This document shows, one piece after another, positions 40,415-50,289 of a stretch of 64,000 bases of DNA (position 1 is the first letter of the stretch; the number at the start of each line of letters is the position of its first letter). Below the pieces are notes generated by a model that was given only the letters and a program-made list of their open reading frames with translations, was not told where the DNA came from and searched no databases. The position numbers and the translations under genes are program-made. Source of the DNA: Dehalococcoidia bacterium (GTDB lineage: Bacteria > Chloroflexota > Dehalococcoidia > Bin125); NCBI GenBank assembly GCA_963662615.2, contig CAXXSR010000001.1, forward strand, positions 640,001 to 704,000, read 5' to 3'.

Positions 40415-40599
40415 TCTGCGGCCGCGTCCGTCCCCACCGGTTCGCCGCAGGCGGACACCAGCTCGGCCCCGCCGTCACGCAGCTCACGCGGCAGTCTGTC
40501 CTTCTCGGACTCGAACACCGGCATGGCGGCCTCCCATCAGCGGTGGCGGGAGCATAGCCCTCGTCCGCGGCCTTCGGCACCCACCGTCCGCGGGCCGGG

Positions 40600-41101
40600 T
40601 CATGGCGAATACTGGTCGTGGCGACGGACCCAAGCCATCGGCCATTCGAGCTGGTCCTCGTCTCGACCGCGCGGCGCGAGATCCAGCAGTTGATACGCGC
40701 CATTGAGGGCATCGACGCCACGCGCGTACGTCGAGTACGTGTGGTAGACCGTGCCCTCGTGCAGCGCGAACGCGCTCAGGCCGTGCAATTCATCCCCAGG
40801 GTTGGGCACGTGTCGGTAGTTGTATTCCGCGCCCGACGCCTGCTCCTCCGGCGTAAACGAGACCCCGAAGTCAAAGTTGAAGCGCGAAGGGGCGGACGAC
40901 ACCCACGGAAACGTCCACCCCATGCGTTGGCGGTACGCCCCAATCCGCTCCAACGGCGCCCGCGAGCAACACGTGAAGGTGACGTCTCGTGCGGCGAGGT
41001 GGATCCCAAGACCCTCGTACGTGTCCGCCCAGAAGGAGCAGCTCGGGCACCCCTCCTCCCACTCCGGACCCATCATGAAGTGGTAGACGAGAAGCTGTGA
41101 G
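40600..41101 (-). pseudogene. DUF899 (thioredoxin-like) protein, 3' part only, cut by IS
   Basis: SQLLVYHFMMGP..EGCPSCS...HTYSTYARG...LLDLAPRGR..WVRRHDQY; begins abruptly at IS end. Confidence 0.88.
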
Positions 41102-41130
41102 TGACCTGCCCCCGATTGTTGTACCAGGGC

Positions 41131-41996
41131 TTAAGTTAGTGCCAGAACCATCCGGTCTGCCAAAGGGGTGGGGTGGGGAGGTCCGACCTCCAGGGTCTCT
41201 GGGGCGGGGGGCGGTAGCCGAGGGCGCTGTGAGGCCGGACTTGGTTGTACTCCCGGCGCCAGCGATCGACCAGGATCTGCGCTTCCGTGAGCGTGGTGAA
41301 GATCTCGGGGTTGAGGCACTCGTCGCGCAGCTTGCCGTTGAAGGATTCCACATAGCCGTTCTCCCAGGGGCTGCCGGGCTCGATGAAGAGTGTCGTCACG
41401 CCGAGGCGACGCAGCCAGGAACGCACCGCCGTCGCCGTGAACTCGGGGCCGTTGTCGGAGCGGACGTAGGTGGGCGGGCCCCGCTGCACGAAGAGCGCCG
41501 TCAGCCGGGCGAGGACGTCGTCGGACCGCAGGCGCCGGGCCACGTCAATGCTGAGGCACTCCCGCGTGTACTCGTCGACGATGGTCAGCAGGCGCAGGGG
41601 CCGGCCGTCGTGGGTCCGCTCGCTGACGAAGTCGTAGGACCAGACGTGGTTCGGGCGCTCCGCCCGGCGCCGCGTGCAGGATCCATCGGCCGCCCAAAGC
41701 CGCCGCCGGCGCGGGGCTTTCCGGGGCACCCGCAGCCCTTCCTGCCGCCAGAGCCGCTCCACCCGCTTGTGGTTCACCCGCCAGCCCTCGGCCCGCAGCA
41801 GCGCCGTGATGCGCCGGGAGCCGTAGCGCCCGAAGCGGCGGGCAAGGGCGATGATCCGGGCGATCAGAGCCGGCTCGTCCGCGGGCACCTGCACGGGGTG
41901 CCGCTGCGTGCTGCGCGGCTGGGCGAGGGCCCGGCAGGCCCGACGCTCCGAGACGGCCAGCGCGGTTCGCACGTGCGCAACCGCCTGCCGCCGGGC
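41131..41996 (-). pseudogene. IS3 OrfB DDE transposase with apparent indels
   Basis: WSYDF, VDEYTRE, SDNGPEF, PWENGYVESFNG; same frame as OrfA instead of -1; C-terminus shifted in a C run. Confidence 0.85.
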
Positions 41997-42275
41997 TCAG
42001 AAGTTTCCCGACGCCACCTCTTTGAGGATGGCGTGGTCCAGCGCCTGATCGGCCACCAGCCGCTTCAGCCGCGCGTTCTCCTGCTCCAGCTCCTTGAACC
42101 GCTTCGCCTGATCCAGCCGCAGGCCGCCGTACTCCCGCCGCCAGCGGTAGTAGGTCTGCTCGGCGACGCCGAGCCGTCGTGCCACTTTGGCCACACTCTC
42201 GCCCTGCGCCAGGGCCACCTCCGCCTCCCGCAGTTTCCCGATGATCTGCTCTGCCGTGTACCGCTTCCGCGCCAT
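41997..42275 (-). CDS. IS3 OrfA
   Basis: RYTAEQIIGKLREAE...TYYRWRREYGG...LEQENARLKRLVAD; ends GGGAAACTTCTGA. Confidence 0.93.
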   Translation of the reverse strand: MARKRYTAEQIIGKLREAEVALAQGESVAKVARRLGVAEQTYYRWRREYGGLRLDQAKRFKELEQENARLKRLVADQALDHAILKEVASGNF

Positions 42276-42338
42276 GCCGACTCCCTCCTCCCAGCCCGGA
42301 TCCTCGCATAGGATCTGGACCGGTTTTGGGGGGGCAGG

Positions 42339-43112
42339 TCACATCACCGTCACGGCCTGCCCGCCGATCTTCGGCGGCGCAATGCGTCCCTCGCCGTCGT
42401 AGCCCACCTCGGCCTGCACCCGCCCCGGTCGCTGCACTTGGTCCCCCTGCTCCAGCCGGTACGTCCCCGGCTCCAGCACCCCGTAATGGAGCAAGTAGCA
42501 GACCATCCCTCCCGACGCCGAGCCCGTCACCGGGTCTTCGAACAAGCCTGACTCGTGGAAGCCCCAGTGGCGGCTGTGAGCGCTGCTGCCCGCCTCCACA
42601 GTCTCGGTGGTGAAGGCGTGCACGCTGAAGAAGCCGGCCTTGGTCCGCAGCTCCCCCAGCCGCGCCGCGTCCGGCCGCGCCTGGCGCAACGCCGTCAAGG
42701 ACTCCAACGGGATCATCAACTGTGGCGTCCCCGTGCTGACGACCTGGACGGGCAGGTCCCGGCGCACGCTGGTCGACGGTACGCGCAGGGCCACCGCCAG
42801 CTCCAGCCTCACCGCCACCGGGGCCACAGCGTCGGCCGGGATGCGGCCCAGCTCCCCCAAGGCGTGTACCGTCGCGATGGTGGGATGCCCTGCCAGCGGC
42901 ACCTCCTCCGCCGGCGTGAAGTAGCGACACTTGAAGTCGGCCTCCGCCGATGGCAGCACGAACGCCGTCTCCGACAGATTCATCTCCCGCGCGATCGCCT
43001 GCATCGTCGCTTCGTCCAGCCCTTGGGCGTCCGGGATCACAGCGCAGGGGTTGCCCGCGAACGGCGTGGTGGTGAACGCATCAACTTGGAGGAGGTCGTA
43101 TTGGCGCGGCAT
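42339..43112 (-). pseudogene. PhzF-family isomerase/epimerase, C-terminus clipped by IS, probable internal deletion
   Basis: VDAFT..PFAGNP, EMNLSETAF, EEVPLAGHPT, EDPVTGSA; stop is the IS terminal TGA. Confidence 0.8.
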
Positions 43113-43299
43113 GCGCGGCAGAGCATAGAGGAGTGCCGCAGCGGCGCTTTCCGCGCGCTCGGATCGCGCAGGCTCGGATCGAAAAGCGCCGCTCGGTTCG
43201 CGCAGCGCTGCCCCGTCCTCCTGCCTCCCGCGACGACGAAACGGCCGCAAGCGGCTCTGCCCCGCTCGTCCTTGACGCATCGCACCCCCGCTGCCATGC

Positions 43300-43441
43300 T
43301 GGCGCGCACGACCCACGAGTAAGGCGCCCCGCGGGGGAAGTCCGGTGCGAATCCGGCGCTGTCCCGCAACGGTAACTCCTCCGAGAAGCCCGACCGCCCG
43401 CTGGACGCCAACGCCACAGAAACCGCCTTCGAGGAAAGGCT
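43300..43441 (+). ncRNA. Cobalamin riboswitch
   Basis: gggaagtccggtgcgaatccggcgctgtcccgcaacggtaa...agcccgaccgccc core; upstream of a btuF-like gene. Confidence 0.92.
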
Positions 43442-43451
43442 GGGGCGCATT

Positions 43452-43483
43452 GCGGCTATCCCCTCGGGCTGGCCGCCTTTTTT
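43452..43483 (+). terminator. Riboswitch-linked intrinsic terminator
   Basis: gcggcta...tggccgc stem followed by cTTTTTT. Confidence 0.7.
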
Positions 43484-43544
43484 CGCCCTCCGCCTCATCC
43501 CCGCCGGGTGCGCTGCGGCAGCCGGAAGGCCGCGGAGGAGCGCT

Positions 43545-44573
43545 ATGTCCCGACCGGCCCCACTCTTTCTCCGTTCCCGTCCGCGACCGATGTGGCTTCT
43601 CGCGCCCATCAGCATCGCCATCGCGACGCTCGCCCTCGTCGCCTGCAGCGATGGCGATGACGTTGCCGCCACCGCCACAGCCTCGGACGCGCCGGACCCC
43701 ACCGTCCAACCGCTCATCGTCACGGACGACACCGGTGCACAGGTCGAGATCGCCGCCCCCCCCCGCCGCATCGTCGCCGTCCTCCCCTCGGTCACCTACC
43801 TCCTCCTCGACTTGGGCCTGGGCGATCGCATCGTGGCGTCGGACAACTTCTCCTTGGAGGCCGCGCCGGAGATGGGCGACGTTCCCAGCGTGGGCGGAGA
43901 GGGCTTCGCCTTCAATCTGGAGCTCACCACGGCGCTGCAACCGGATCTGATCGTGATCGCGACCGGTGGCACGGAGTCGTTCGTCGATCAGGCTCGCGCG
44001 CTGGACATTCCCGTTCTCGCCCTCGACTTCCCCTCCAGCGTCGACGAGATGCTGGAGCAGGTGATCTTGCTGGGCGACGTCTTCGACGTCCGCGACGAGG
44101 CCGCCGCTCTGGTGGCCGATCTCCGCGCCCGCCTCGATGCCGTCAGCGCCCGCTATGCCGGTCTCCCGCCCGTGCGCGTCTACATGGAGCTCGACCAATC
44201 CACGCCCACGCGCCCCTTCTCCGTGGGACCCGGATCCCTCCACGACGACGTCATCCGCCGCGCCGGCGGCGTCAACATCTTGAGCGACGCGGCCAGCGCC
44301 TTCCCCCAGGTCAACTATGAAACGATCATCGCCGCGGACCCCGATCTCATCCTGCTACTCAACTCCGCGGAGTTCACCAGCGAGCTGGCGTCCAATCCCG
44401 TCTCGCCGGCTCAGATTGGCGACCGGCCCGGCTGGGGCGGGTTGACGGCGGTGCGCAACGGCAACGTCGTCGGCGTGGATCAGGCGCTGTTCGGCGGTGG
44501 ACTCCGCATCGTCGACGCCGTGGAGCAGGTGGCCCAGGCCCTGGCGCGCGCCCGAGCCGCGACGGCGCCATAG
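43545..44573 (+). CDS. Cobalamin/iron-siderophore ABC substrate-binding lipoprotein (BtuF-like)
   Basis: Lipobox LVAC; VTDDTG...PRRIV, PDLI, AVRNGNV; B12 riboswitch upstream. Confidence 0.88.
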   Translation: MSRPAPLFLRSRPRPMWLLAPISIAIATLALVACSDGDDVAATATASDAPDPTVQPLIVTDDTGAQVEIAAPPRRIVAVLPSVTYLLLDLGLGDRIVASDNFSLEAAPEMGDVPSVGGEGFAFNLELTTALQPDLIVIATGGTESFVDQARALDIPVLALDFPSSVDEMLEQVILLGDVFDVRDEAAALVADLRARLDAVSARYAGLPPVRVYMELDQSTPTRPFSVGPGSLHDDVIRRAGGVNILSDAASAFPQVNYETIIAADPDLILLLNSAEFTSELASNPVSPAQIGDRPGWGGLTAVRNGNVVGVDQALFGGGLRIVDAVEQVAQALARARAATAP

Positions 44574-44767
44574 CATCGGCCGCTTTGGGACTGGCGGGCG
44601 CGGTCGTTTGGGTGCTCGAGCTGGCGCCGGGGCCGGATGCCGGCGGCGTGATGATGGGAATGGCGGCGCCGTGAGGGCCCCGGGAGCGCAGCGCTACAGC
44701 GGGGCCCCCTCCCGGTTGGCCTCGGCAAGCACAAGTGCCCCGGCGATCAGGCAGAGAAGCCGGCGCT

Positions 44768-45678
44768 TCAGCGCCTCGGTTGCAGGTGCGTTGTGTACCA
44801 CGCCGCCATGCGGCCCACCGCCTCGGAGAACCAGGGCTCCTGCTCGTAAATCTCGAAGTGGCCGCAGGGAGCCACGTGAAGTTCCTTGGGCTTCCCTGCC
44901 CGTTCAAACGCCGCCCGCGCCAGGTCCGCGGGAATCAGCGCGTCTGCCTCGGCGATCACCATCAAGAGCGGCGTCGGGGAGATCAGCTCAATACGCGCGG
45001 TCGGAAGGTACTGGACGTAGTCCTCAAGCGACTCCAGCGTCACGGAGTTGACCCAGCTCGGTGCGATCATGGCCTGACGGATCATCGCCTCATACGCCTC
45101 CGGGACGCTCAGGGCCGAGAGCTCGCCTTCCGGCGCCACCACCTTCACCCGGCCCGACGGTTCCCCGTCGAAGCGCTGTTCCCGGTCCGTCGCCAGCATT
45201 TCCAGGAGGCGCTCGAGGCCGTCCCGTCCGCTTCGGCGAATGATCTGTTCGACGGGGTTGATCGTCGGGACCTGCGAGACGACAGCCTTGATACGGCGGT
45301 CGAATCCCGCCAAGTGCAGGACGTGGCCTCCGCTGTAGGAGGGCCCCACACTCCGATGCGGTCCTCATCGACCTCGGGTTGCCGTGACAGCCAGGTGATG
45401 GCGTTGCGAATGTCCTCACACTGCTCGTGGGACACAATCTGGCCACGTGGATCGCCCTCGCTTGCGCCCAGGAATCGAAAGTCGAAGACGAGAGTGACAA
45501 AGCCGGCATCCTTGAACCTCTCCGCGTAGCGGGAGACTTGGAACATCTCCTTCACCGCCGAGAAGCCGTGTGCCATCACGATGGCCGCAGCGGCGTTACC
45601 TTTCACCAGATCGTCAGGGACGTACAACCATCCGCGGCACCGCACTCCCTTGCTCCGAAACTCAACGTCCCGTTGCAT
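44768..45678 (-). pseudogene. Alpha/beta hydrolase with 1-nt frameshift at the nucleophile elbow
   Basis: MAHGFSAVKE, FDFRFLGASEG, RIGVWG then other frame PSYSGGHV...GHFEIY; break near 45345. Confidence 0.85.
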
Positions 45679-45731
45679 GGTTCCTCTCCTGTCCTCGACG
45701 AGATCCCCGGTGCGATTGTCCGCTGCTGATT

Positions 45732-45744
45732 GTGACCAGGTCAC
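45732..45744. promoter_or_regulatory. Perfect palindrome upstream of the hydrolase, candidate operator
   Basis: GTGACC-A-GGTCAC. Confidence 0.45.
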
Positions 45745-45837
45745 GAGGCTCACGGGGCCGCGTCACGACAGACGCCACCCCCGACGCGGGCGCCGCCCGA
45801 CTCCTAGCGTGCCCCGCCGTCCCCACGACGACGGCCC

Positions 45838-45888
45838 CATCCGAGCAACGCTGCCACCCGACCAACACCGCCACCCGAGCAACACCGC
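45838..45888. repeat. 3 x 17 bp tandem repeat
   Basis: catccgagcaacgctgc / cacccgaccaacaccgc / cacccgagcaacaccgc. Confidence 0.85.
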
Positions 45889-45898
45889 AACCGACTCG

Positions 45899-46102
45899 CT
45901 ACTCGGTCGGCTCCCCGCAACCGCGCTCCCGCATCAACATGCGCAGGTCGTCCAGGCGGGCCAGCAGGCGGTCGGCGTCGGGCGTGGGCGCATCGTGCCG
46001 GCCCAGCGGCTCGGTGGTGAGCAGGTGCTGCTCCCGCAGCGCCGTTCGCCGCTCGCGCCACTCCTGCAGCAGCTCCTCGCACGACGGCCCTTGGCTACTC
46101 AT
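45899..46102 (-). CDS. Small helical hypothetical protein at the end of the pyr operon
   Basis: 67 aa, purine-rich RBS, 20 bp after pyrK stop. Confidence 0.6.
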   Translation of the reverse strand: MSSQGPSCEELLQEWRERRTALREQHLLTTEPLGRHDAPTPDADRLLARLDDLRMLMRERGCGEPTE

Positions 46103-46122
46103 CTCACTCTCCCCCGCCTCGT

Positions 46123-46896
46123 TCAGAACACATCCAGCAACTCGAAGCGCGGCCCGTCTTTACAACAGAGCTTCACACCGCGCTTGGTGAAGACGGCGCA
46201 GCCGTAACAGACCCCGGTCCCGCACGCCATCTCCGTCTCCATCAAGATCTGAGCCGAGCGGCGCATCCCGTCCGACCGCACCACGCTCGCCATGCTCCGG
46301 AACATCGGTGTGGGTCCGCAGGCGAGCGTCTGGTCCGCCCAGGGCAAGTATTCGGCGAAGAGGTCGGTGACCAGCCCCCGACGCCCCCCCGACCCGTCCT
46401 CCGTGGCGACGGCGTACTCCACCTCGGCGGGCAGCTCGGCGGCGGGAAAGACGCCCGCCGCGCTCCGCGCCCCGAAGCACAGCACAATGTTGCTTCCCCG
46501 CGACAGCTGCTCGTCAACCAGCGCCACCAGCGGCGCGATCCCCACTCCCCCGCCCACCAGCAGCAGGTTCGCCGCGCCACTGCGCACCTGAAAGCCGCGT
46601 CCCAGCGGCCCTGTCATCAGCGCGCTCTCGCCCGGCCGCTGCGCCGCCATCAGCGCCGTCACTGCGCCCGTCACCGCGTACAGCAGCGCGAACTCTCGCT
46701 CGCCCTGGCGCTCGCGGAATCGATAGAAGGTGAACGCGCGCGGCAGGAACGGGTCCAGGCCGGCGCGCGGCTGCACCATGGCGAACTGCCCCGCCGACGC
46801 CGCGGTGGCAAGCTCCGCCCCGGCGTACCAGGTCACGAAGGTGCCGGGATAGATCTCCTCGCTCTCCAGCACTCGCGCTTCGACCTGATGGATCAC
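46123..46896 (-). CDS. pyrK: Dihydroorotate dehydrogenase electron transfer subunit
   Basis: [34 protein letters not shown]...CKDGP. Confidence 0.94.
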   Translation of the reverse strand: MIHQVEARVLESEEIYPGTFVTWYAGAELATAASAGQFAMVQPRAGLDPFLPRAFTFYRFRERQGEREFALLYAVTGAVTALMAAQRPGESALMTGPLGRGFQVRSGAANLLLVGGGVGIAPLVALVDEQLSRGSNIVLCFGARSAAGVFPAAELPAEVEYAVATEDGSGGRRGLVTDLFAEYLPWADQTLACGPTPMFRSMASVVRSDGMRRSAQILMETEMACGTGVCYGCAVFTKRGVKLCCKDGPRFELLDVF

Positions 46897-49800
46897 GATC
46901 GCGCCTCGGCCGCGTCCCCGACGGGCGCTACCCGCCGCGTATATTCCGAGAGAGGCAGCACGCTGTAGCGATCGTTCCCGCTCACCATCGCCCCGACCGC
47001 GTGCAGGGCCGTGTCGATGCTGGTGAAGCACGGGGTCCGATGCTCGCTCGCCGCCCGCCGGATATGGAAGCCGTCGCGCAGCGTGCTCCGGCCCCCCTCG
47101 GGCGTGTTGACGACGAAGTCCACCGTCCCGTCCTCAATCACGTCCACCACATTGGGGTGGCCTGCACTCAACCGCTTCGGCACCACGATCGCTTCCAGGC
47201 CCAGGCCGCGCATCAGCTCCGCGGTGCCCTCCGTCGCGTAGATCGTGTATCCCGCAGCGCTCAAATTGCGGATCATGGGAATCGCGTCCGCCTTGTCCTG
47301 ATCGGCGATGCTCAGCAACGCCGTGCCGTGCGCCGACAGCGCCAGCTCCGACGCCAGCAACGCCTTCGTCAAGGCGCTGTCGAACGTCCGGTCGATCCCC
47401 ATCACCTCGCCCGTCGACTTCATCTCCGGCCCCAAGTAGGTGTCCACGCCCACTAGCTTCGCCATGCTGAACACAGGCGCCTTGATCGCCACCAGATCCC
47501 GCGCCGGCCAGAGACCGTCTGGGTAGCCCTGCGCCGCGATCGAGCGACCCAGCATCACGTTCACCGCCACCTGCACCATGGGCACCGTAGTCACCTTGCT
47601 CAGAAACGGCACCGTGCGGCTGGCGCGCGGATTCACCTCCAGGACAAAGAGGGAACTCTCGCCGGCCTCGCGCATGACGACATACTGAATGTTCATCAGC
47701 CCGCGTATCTGGAGCCCCAGCCCGATCTGGCGCGCGGAGTCAATAACCGTCTCGATCTCCGCAGGCGTCAGGCTGGGCGCCGGGTACACCGCCATGGAGT
47801 CGCCGGAGTGCACGCCGGCCCGCTCAATGTGCTCCATGATCCCCGGAATGAGCACCCGCTCGCCGTCGCAGATTGCATCGACCTCGATCTCCAGCCCGGC
47901 CAGGTACTTGTCGATCAGCAGCGGCTTGTCGGGCGCGGCTTCCAACGCGATGCTCGCGTAGCGCGCCAGCTCGCCCGGCCCCTGCGCGATCTCCATCGCC
48001 CGCCCGCCCAGCACGTACGAGGGACGCACCAGCACGGGATAGCCGACCGTCTCCGCAACCTGGATCGCATCCTCCACGTTGCCCACGGCGGCCCCGGGCG
48101 GCTGCGGAATGCCCAACTCCGTCAGGAACCGCTCGAACCGCTCCCGGTCCTCCGCCAAATCGATCACCTCTGCCGACGAGCCCATGATCGGCTGGGCGGC
48201 CAGCGTCAGCGGCCCCGCCAAGTTGATCGCCGTCTGCCCGCCAAATTGGAGGATGGTGGGCACGCGCTCCATCCCCTCCGGGCCGCCATTCGGCGCCGGC
48301 CTCTCGTTGTCCAGAATGTCCCGCGCCGCCTCCTCGTCCAGCGGCTCGAAGTAGAGCCGGTCCGACGTGTCGAAGTCCGTCGAGACGGTCTCCGGGTTGC
48401 TGTTCGCCATGATCGCGGCGTACCCGGCCGCCTGCAGCGCCTGCGCCGCCTTCACCGACGCGTAGTCGAACTCGATCCCTTGGCCGATCCGGATCGGCCC
48501 GCTGCCGATCACCAGCGCCCGCGACGTCGCCTCGGGGAGCGCTTCGTTCTCCTCTTCGTAAGTTGAATAGAAGTAGGGCGTGACCGCGTCGAATTCGGCG
48601 GCGCAGGTATCCACCATCTTGTAGACGGGCCGGATGCCCCAGCTCAGCCGCTGCTGTCGCACCTTCTCCGTCACGGAGCCGGCCAGGTTGGCGATCTGCT
48701 CGTCGCTGAAGCCCAACCGCTTCGACTCTCGCAGCAGACCCGGCGATAGCCGCTCGCTGAGGAGGCGGGTTTCCATTCGCACCAGAGTGAGCAGGCGCTC
48801 CAGGAACCAGGGATCGACCGCCGTCCGGCGCGCCAAGCTCAGCGTGTCAGGGTCGCGACGCAGCGCCGCCATCAAGTGCCAGATGCGGTTGTCGGTGGCC
48901 CCGGCGGCCAGGGGGTCGGCTTCCTCGCGCTCCTCCCAGAGCAGCGAGCTCCCCTCCACTTCCATGGACCGCACGGCCTTCTGCAGCGCCGCCTCAAACG
49001 TCCGATCGATCGCCATCACCTCGCCGGTCGCCTTCATCTGCGTGCCCAGCGTGCGGTCCCCCGCGCCGAACTTGTCGAAGGGCCAGCGCGGCACCTTCAC
49101 CACCACGTAGTCCAGCGCCGGCTCGAATGCGGCCGTCGTCTTCCCCGTCACCTGGTTCTGGATCTCGTCCAGCCGCTTGCCCGCCGCGATCTTCGCCGCC
49201 ACCCGCGCGATCGGGTAGCCCGTCGCTTTGCTCGCCAGCGCCGACGATCGGCTGACGCGGGGATTGACCTCAATCACGTAATACGGCAGGTCACGCTCGT
49301 CGCCCCGCGTCTCCCCGGCCGCCCGCCAGTCCAGCACGTCGGGACGGGGCGCGAGCGCCAGTTGCACGTTGCAGCCGCCCTCGATTCCCAGGGCGCGAAT
49401 GATCTTCAACGACGCCTGCCGCAGCCGCTGGTAGTCGCGGTCCGAGAGCGTCTGGCTCGGCGCCACCACGATCGAGTCGCCCGTGTGGATCCCCATGGCA
49501 TCCACGTTCTCCATGTTGCAGACCGTGATGCATGTGTCGGCGCCGTCGCGCATCACCTCGTACTCCACCTCTTTCCACCCCAGCAGCGATTGCTCCACCA
49601 GCACCTGCTGCGCCGGGCTCGCCGCCAGCCCGCCTCGGACGATGCGTTCAAACTCCTCCCGCGTATGCGCGAAGCCGCCGCCGGTCCCACCCAGCGTGTA
49701 GGCGGGCCGGATCACCACCGGCAGCCCGACCTCCTCCAGCGCCGTCCAGGCCTCGTCCAGGGAGGCGACGGTCCTGCTCGGCGGGATCGGCTCGTCAATC

Positions 49801-50204
49801 TCCTGCATCGTGGTGCGAAAGAGCTCGCGGTCCTCCGCCTTGCGGATCGCCTCAAGCGGCGTGCCCAGCAGCCGTACCCCGAAGCGGTCCAGCACGCCCG
49901 CGTCGTGCAGCTCCACCGCCAGGTTCAGCCCCACCTGCCCGCCCAGCGTCGCCAGCAGCCCGTCCGGCCGCTCCCGTTCAATGATTCGGCTGATCACGTC
50001 CAGCGTCAGCGGCTCAATGTAGACCACGTCCGCTACGCCCTCGTCCGTCATGATCGTGGCCGGGTTGGAGTTGACCAGCACGGAGGTGACGCCCTCTTCG
50101 CGCATCGCTTTGCAGGCCTGCGTGCCGGCGTAGTCGAACTCGGCCGCCTGCCCGATCACAATCGGCCCGCTGCCGATGATCAGCACCTTCTCCGGCTTAG
50201 GCAT
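46893..50204 (-). CDS. carB: Carbamoyl-phosphate synthase large subunit
   Basis: [18 protein letters not shown], duplicated ATP-grasp domains, MGS domain. Confidence 0.98.
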   Translation of the reverse strand: MPKPEKVLIIGSGPIVIGQAAEFDYAGTQACKAMREEGVTSVLVNSNPATIMTDEGVADVVYIEPLTLDVISRIIERERPDGLLATLGGQVGLNLAVELHDAGVLDRFGVRLLGTPLEAIRKAEDRELFRTTMQEIDEPIPPSRTVASLDEAWTALEEVGLPVVIRPAYTLGGTGGGFAHTREEFERIVRGGLAASPAQQVLVEQSLLGWKEVEYEVMRDGADTCITVCNMENVDAMGIHTGDSIVVAPSQTLSDRDYQRLRQASLKIIRALGIEGGCNVQLALAPRPDVLDWRAAGETRGDERDLPYYVIEVNPRVSRSSALASKATGYPIARVAAKIAAGKRLDEIQNQVTGKTTAAFEPALDYVVVKVPRWPFDKFGAGDRTLGTQMKATGEVMAIDRTFEAALQKAVRSMEVEGSSLLWEEREEADPLAAGATDNRIWHLMAALRRDPDTLSLARRTAVDPWFLERLLTLVRMETRLLSERLSPGLLRESKRLGFSDEQIANLAGSVTEKVRQQRLSWGIRPVYKMVDTCAAEFDAVTPYFYSTYEEENEALPEATSRALVIGSGPIRIGQGIEFDYASVKAAQALQAAGYAAIMANSNPETVSTDFDTSDRLYFEPLDEEAARDILDNERPAPNGGPEGMERVPTILQFGGQTAINLAGPLTLAAQPIMGSSAEVIDLAEDRERFERFLTELGIPQPPGAAVGNVEDAIQVAETVGYPVLVRPSYVLGGRAMEIAQGPGELARYASIALEAAPDKPLLIDKYLAGLEIEVDAICDGERVLIPGIMEHIERAGVHSGDSMAVYPAPSLTPAEIETVIDSARQIGLGLQIRGLMNIQYVVMREAGESSLFVLEVNPRASRTVPFLSKVTTVPMVQVAVNVMLGRSIAAQGYPDGLWPARDLVAIKAPVFSMAKLVGVDTYLGPEMKSTGEVMGIDRTFDSALTKALLASELALSAHGTALLSIADQDKADAIPMIRNLSAAGYTIYATEGTAELMRGLGLEAIVVPKRLSAGHPNVVDVIEDGTVDFVVNTPEGGRSTLRDGFHIRRAASEHRTPCFTSIDTALHAVGAMVSGNDRYSVLPLSEYTRRVAPVGDAAEARS

Positions 50205-50224
50205 GGCTCACTTTTCGCTACCCT

Positions 50225-50276
50225 CCGTCCTGAGCCTGCCTGTCCTGAGCTTGTCGAAGGGTCGAACCACGAACGG
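50225..50276. repeat. Palindromic mini-element, copy B (nested), carA-carB gap
   Basis: ccgtcctgagcct[gcctgtcctgagcttgtcgaagg]gtcgaaccacgaacgg. Confidence 0.85.
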
Positions 50277-50289
50277 CCGCTCACTCACC

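Larger units (their letters stand above)
41102..42341 (-). mobile_element. IS3-family insertion sequence, 1240 bp
   Basis: Terminal IRs TGACCTGCCCCC at both ends; OrfA HTH plus OrfB DDE integrase; no flanking direct repeat. Confidence 0.95.

Noticed and set aside
40330-40524. 64 aa minus-strand ORF with GGGAGG RBS
   Set aside because: Runs into the convergent MaoC gene and has no motif; at most a remnant.
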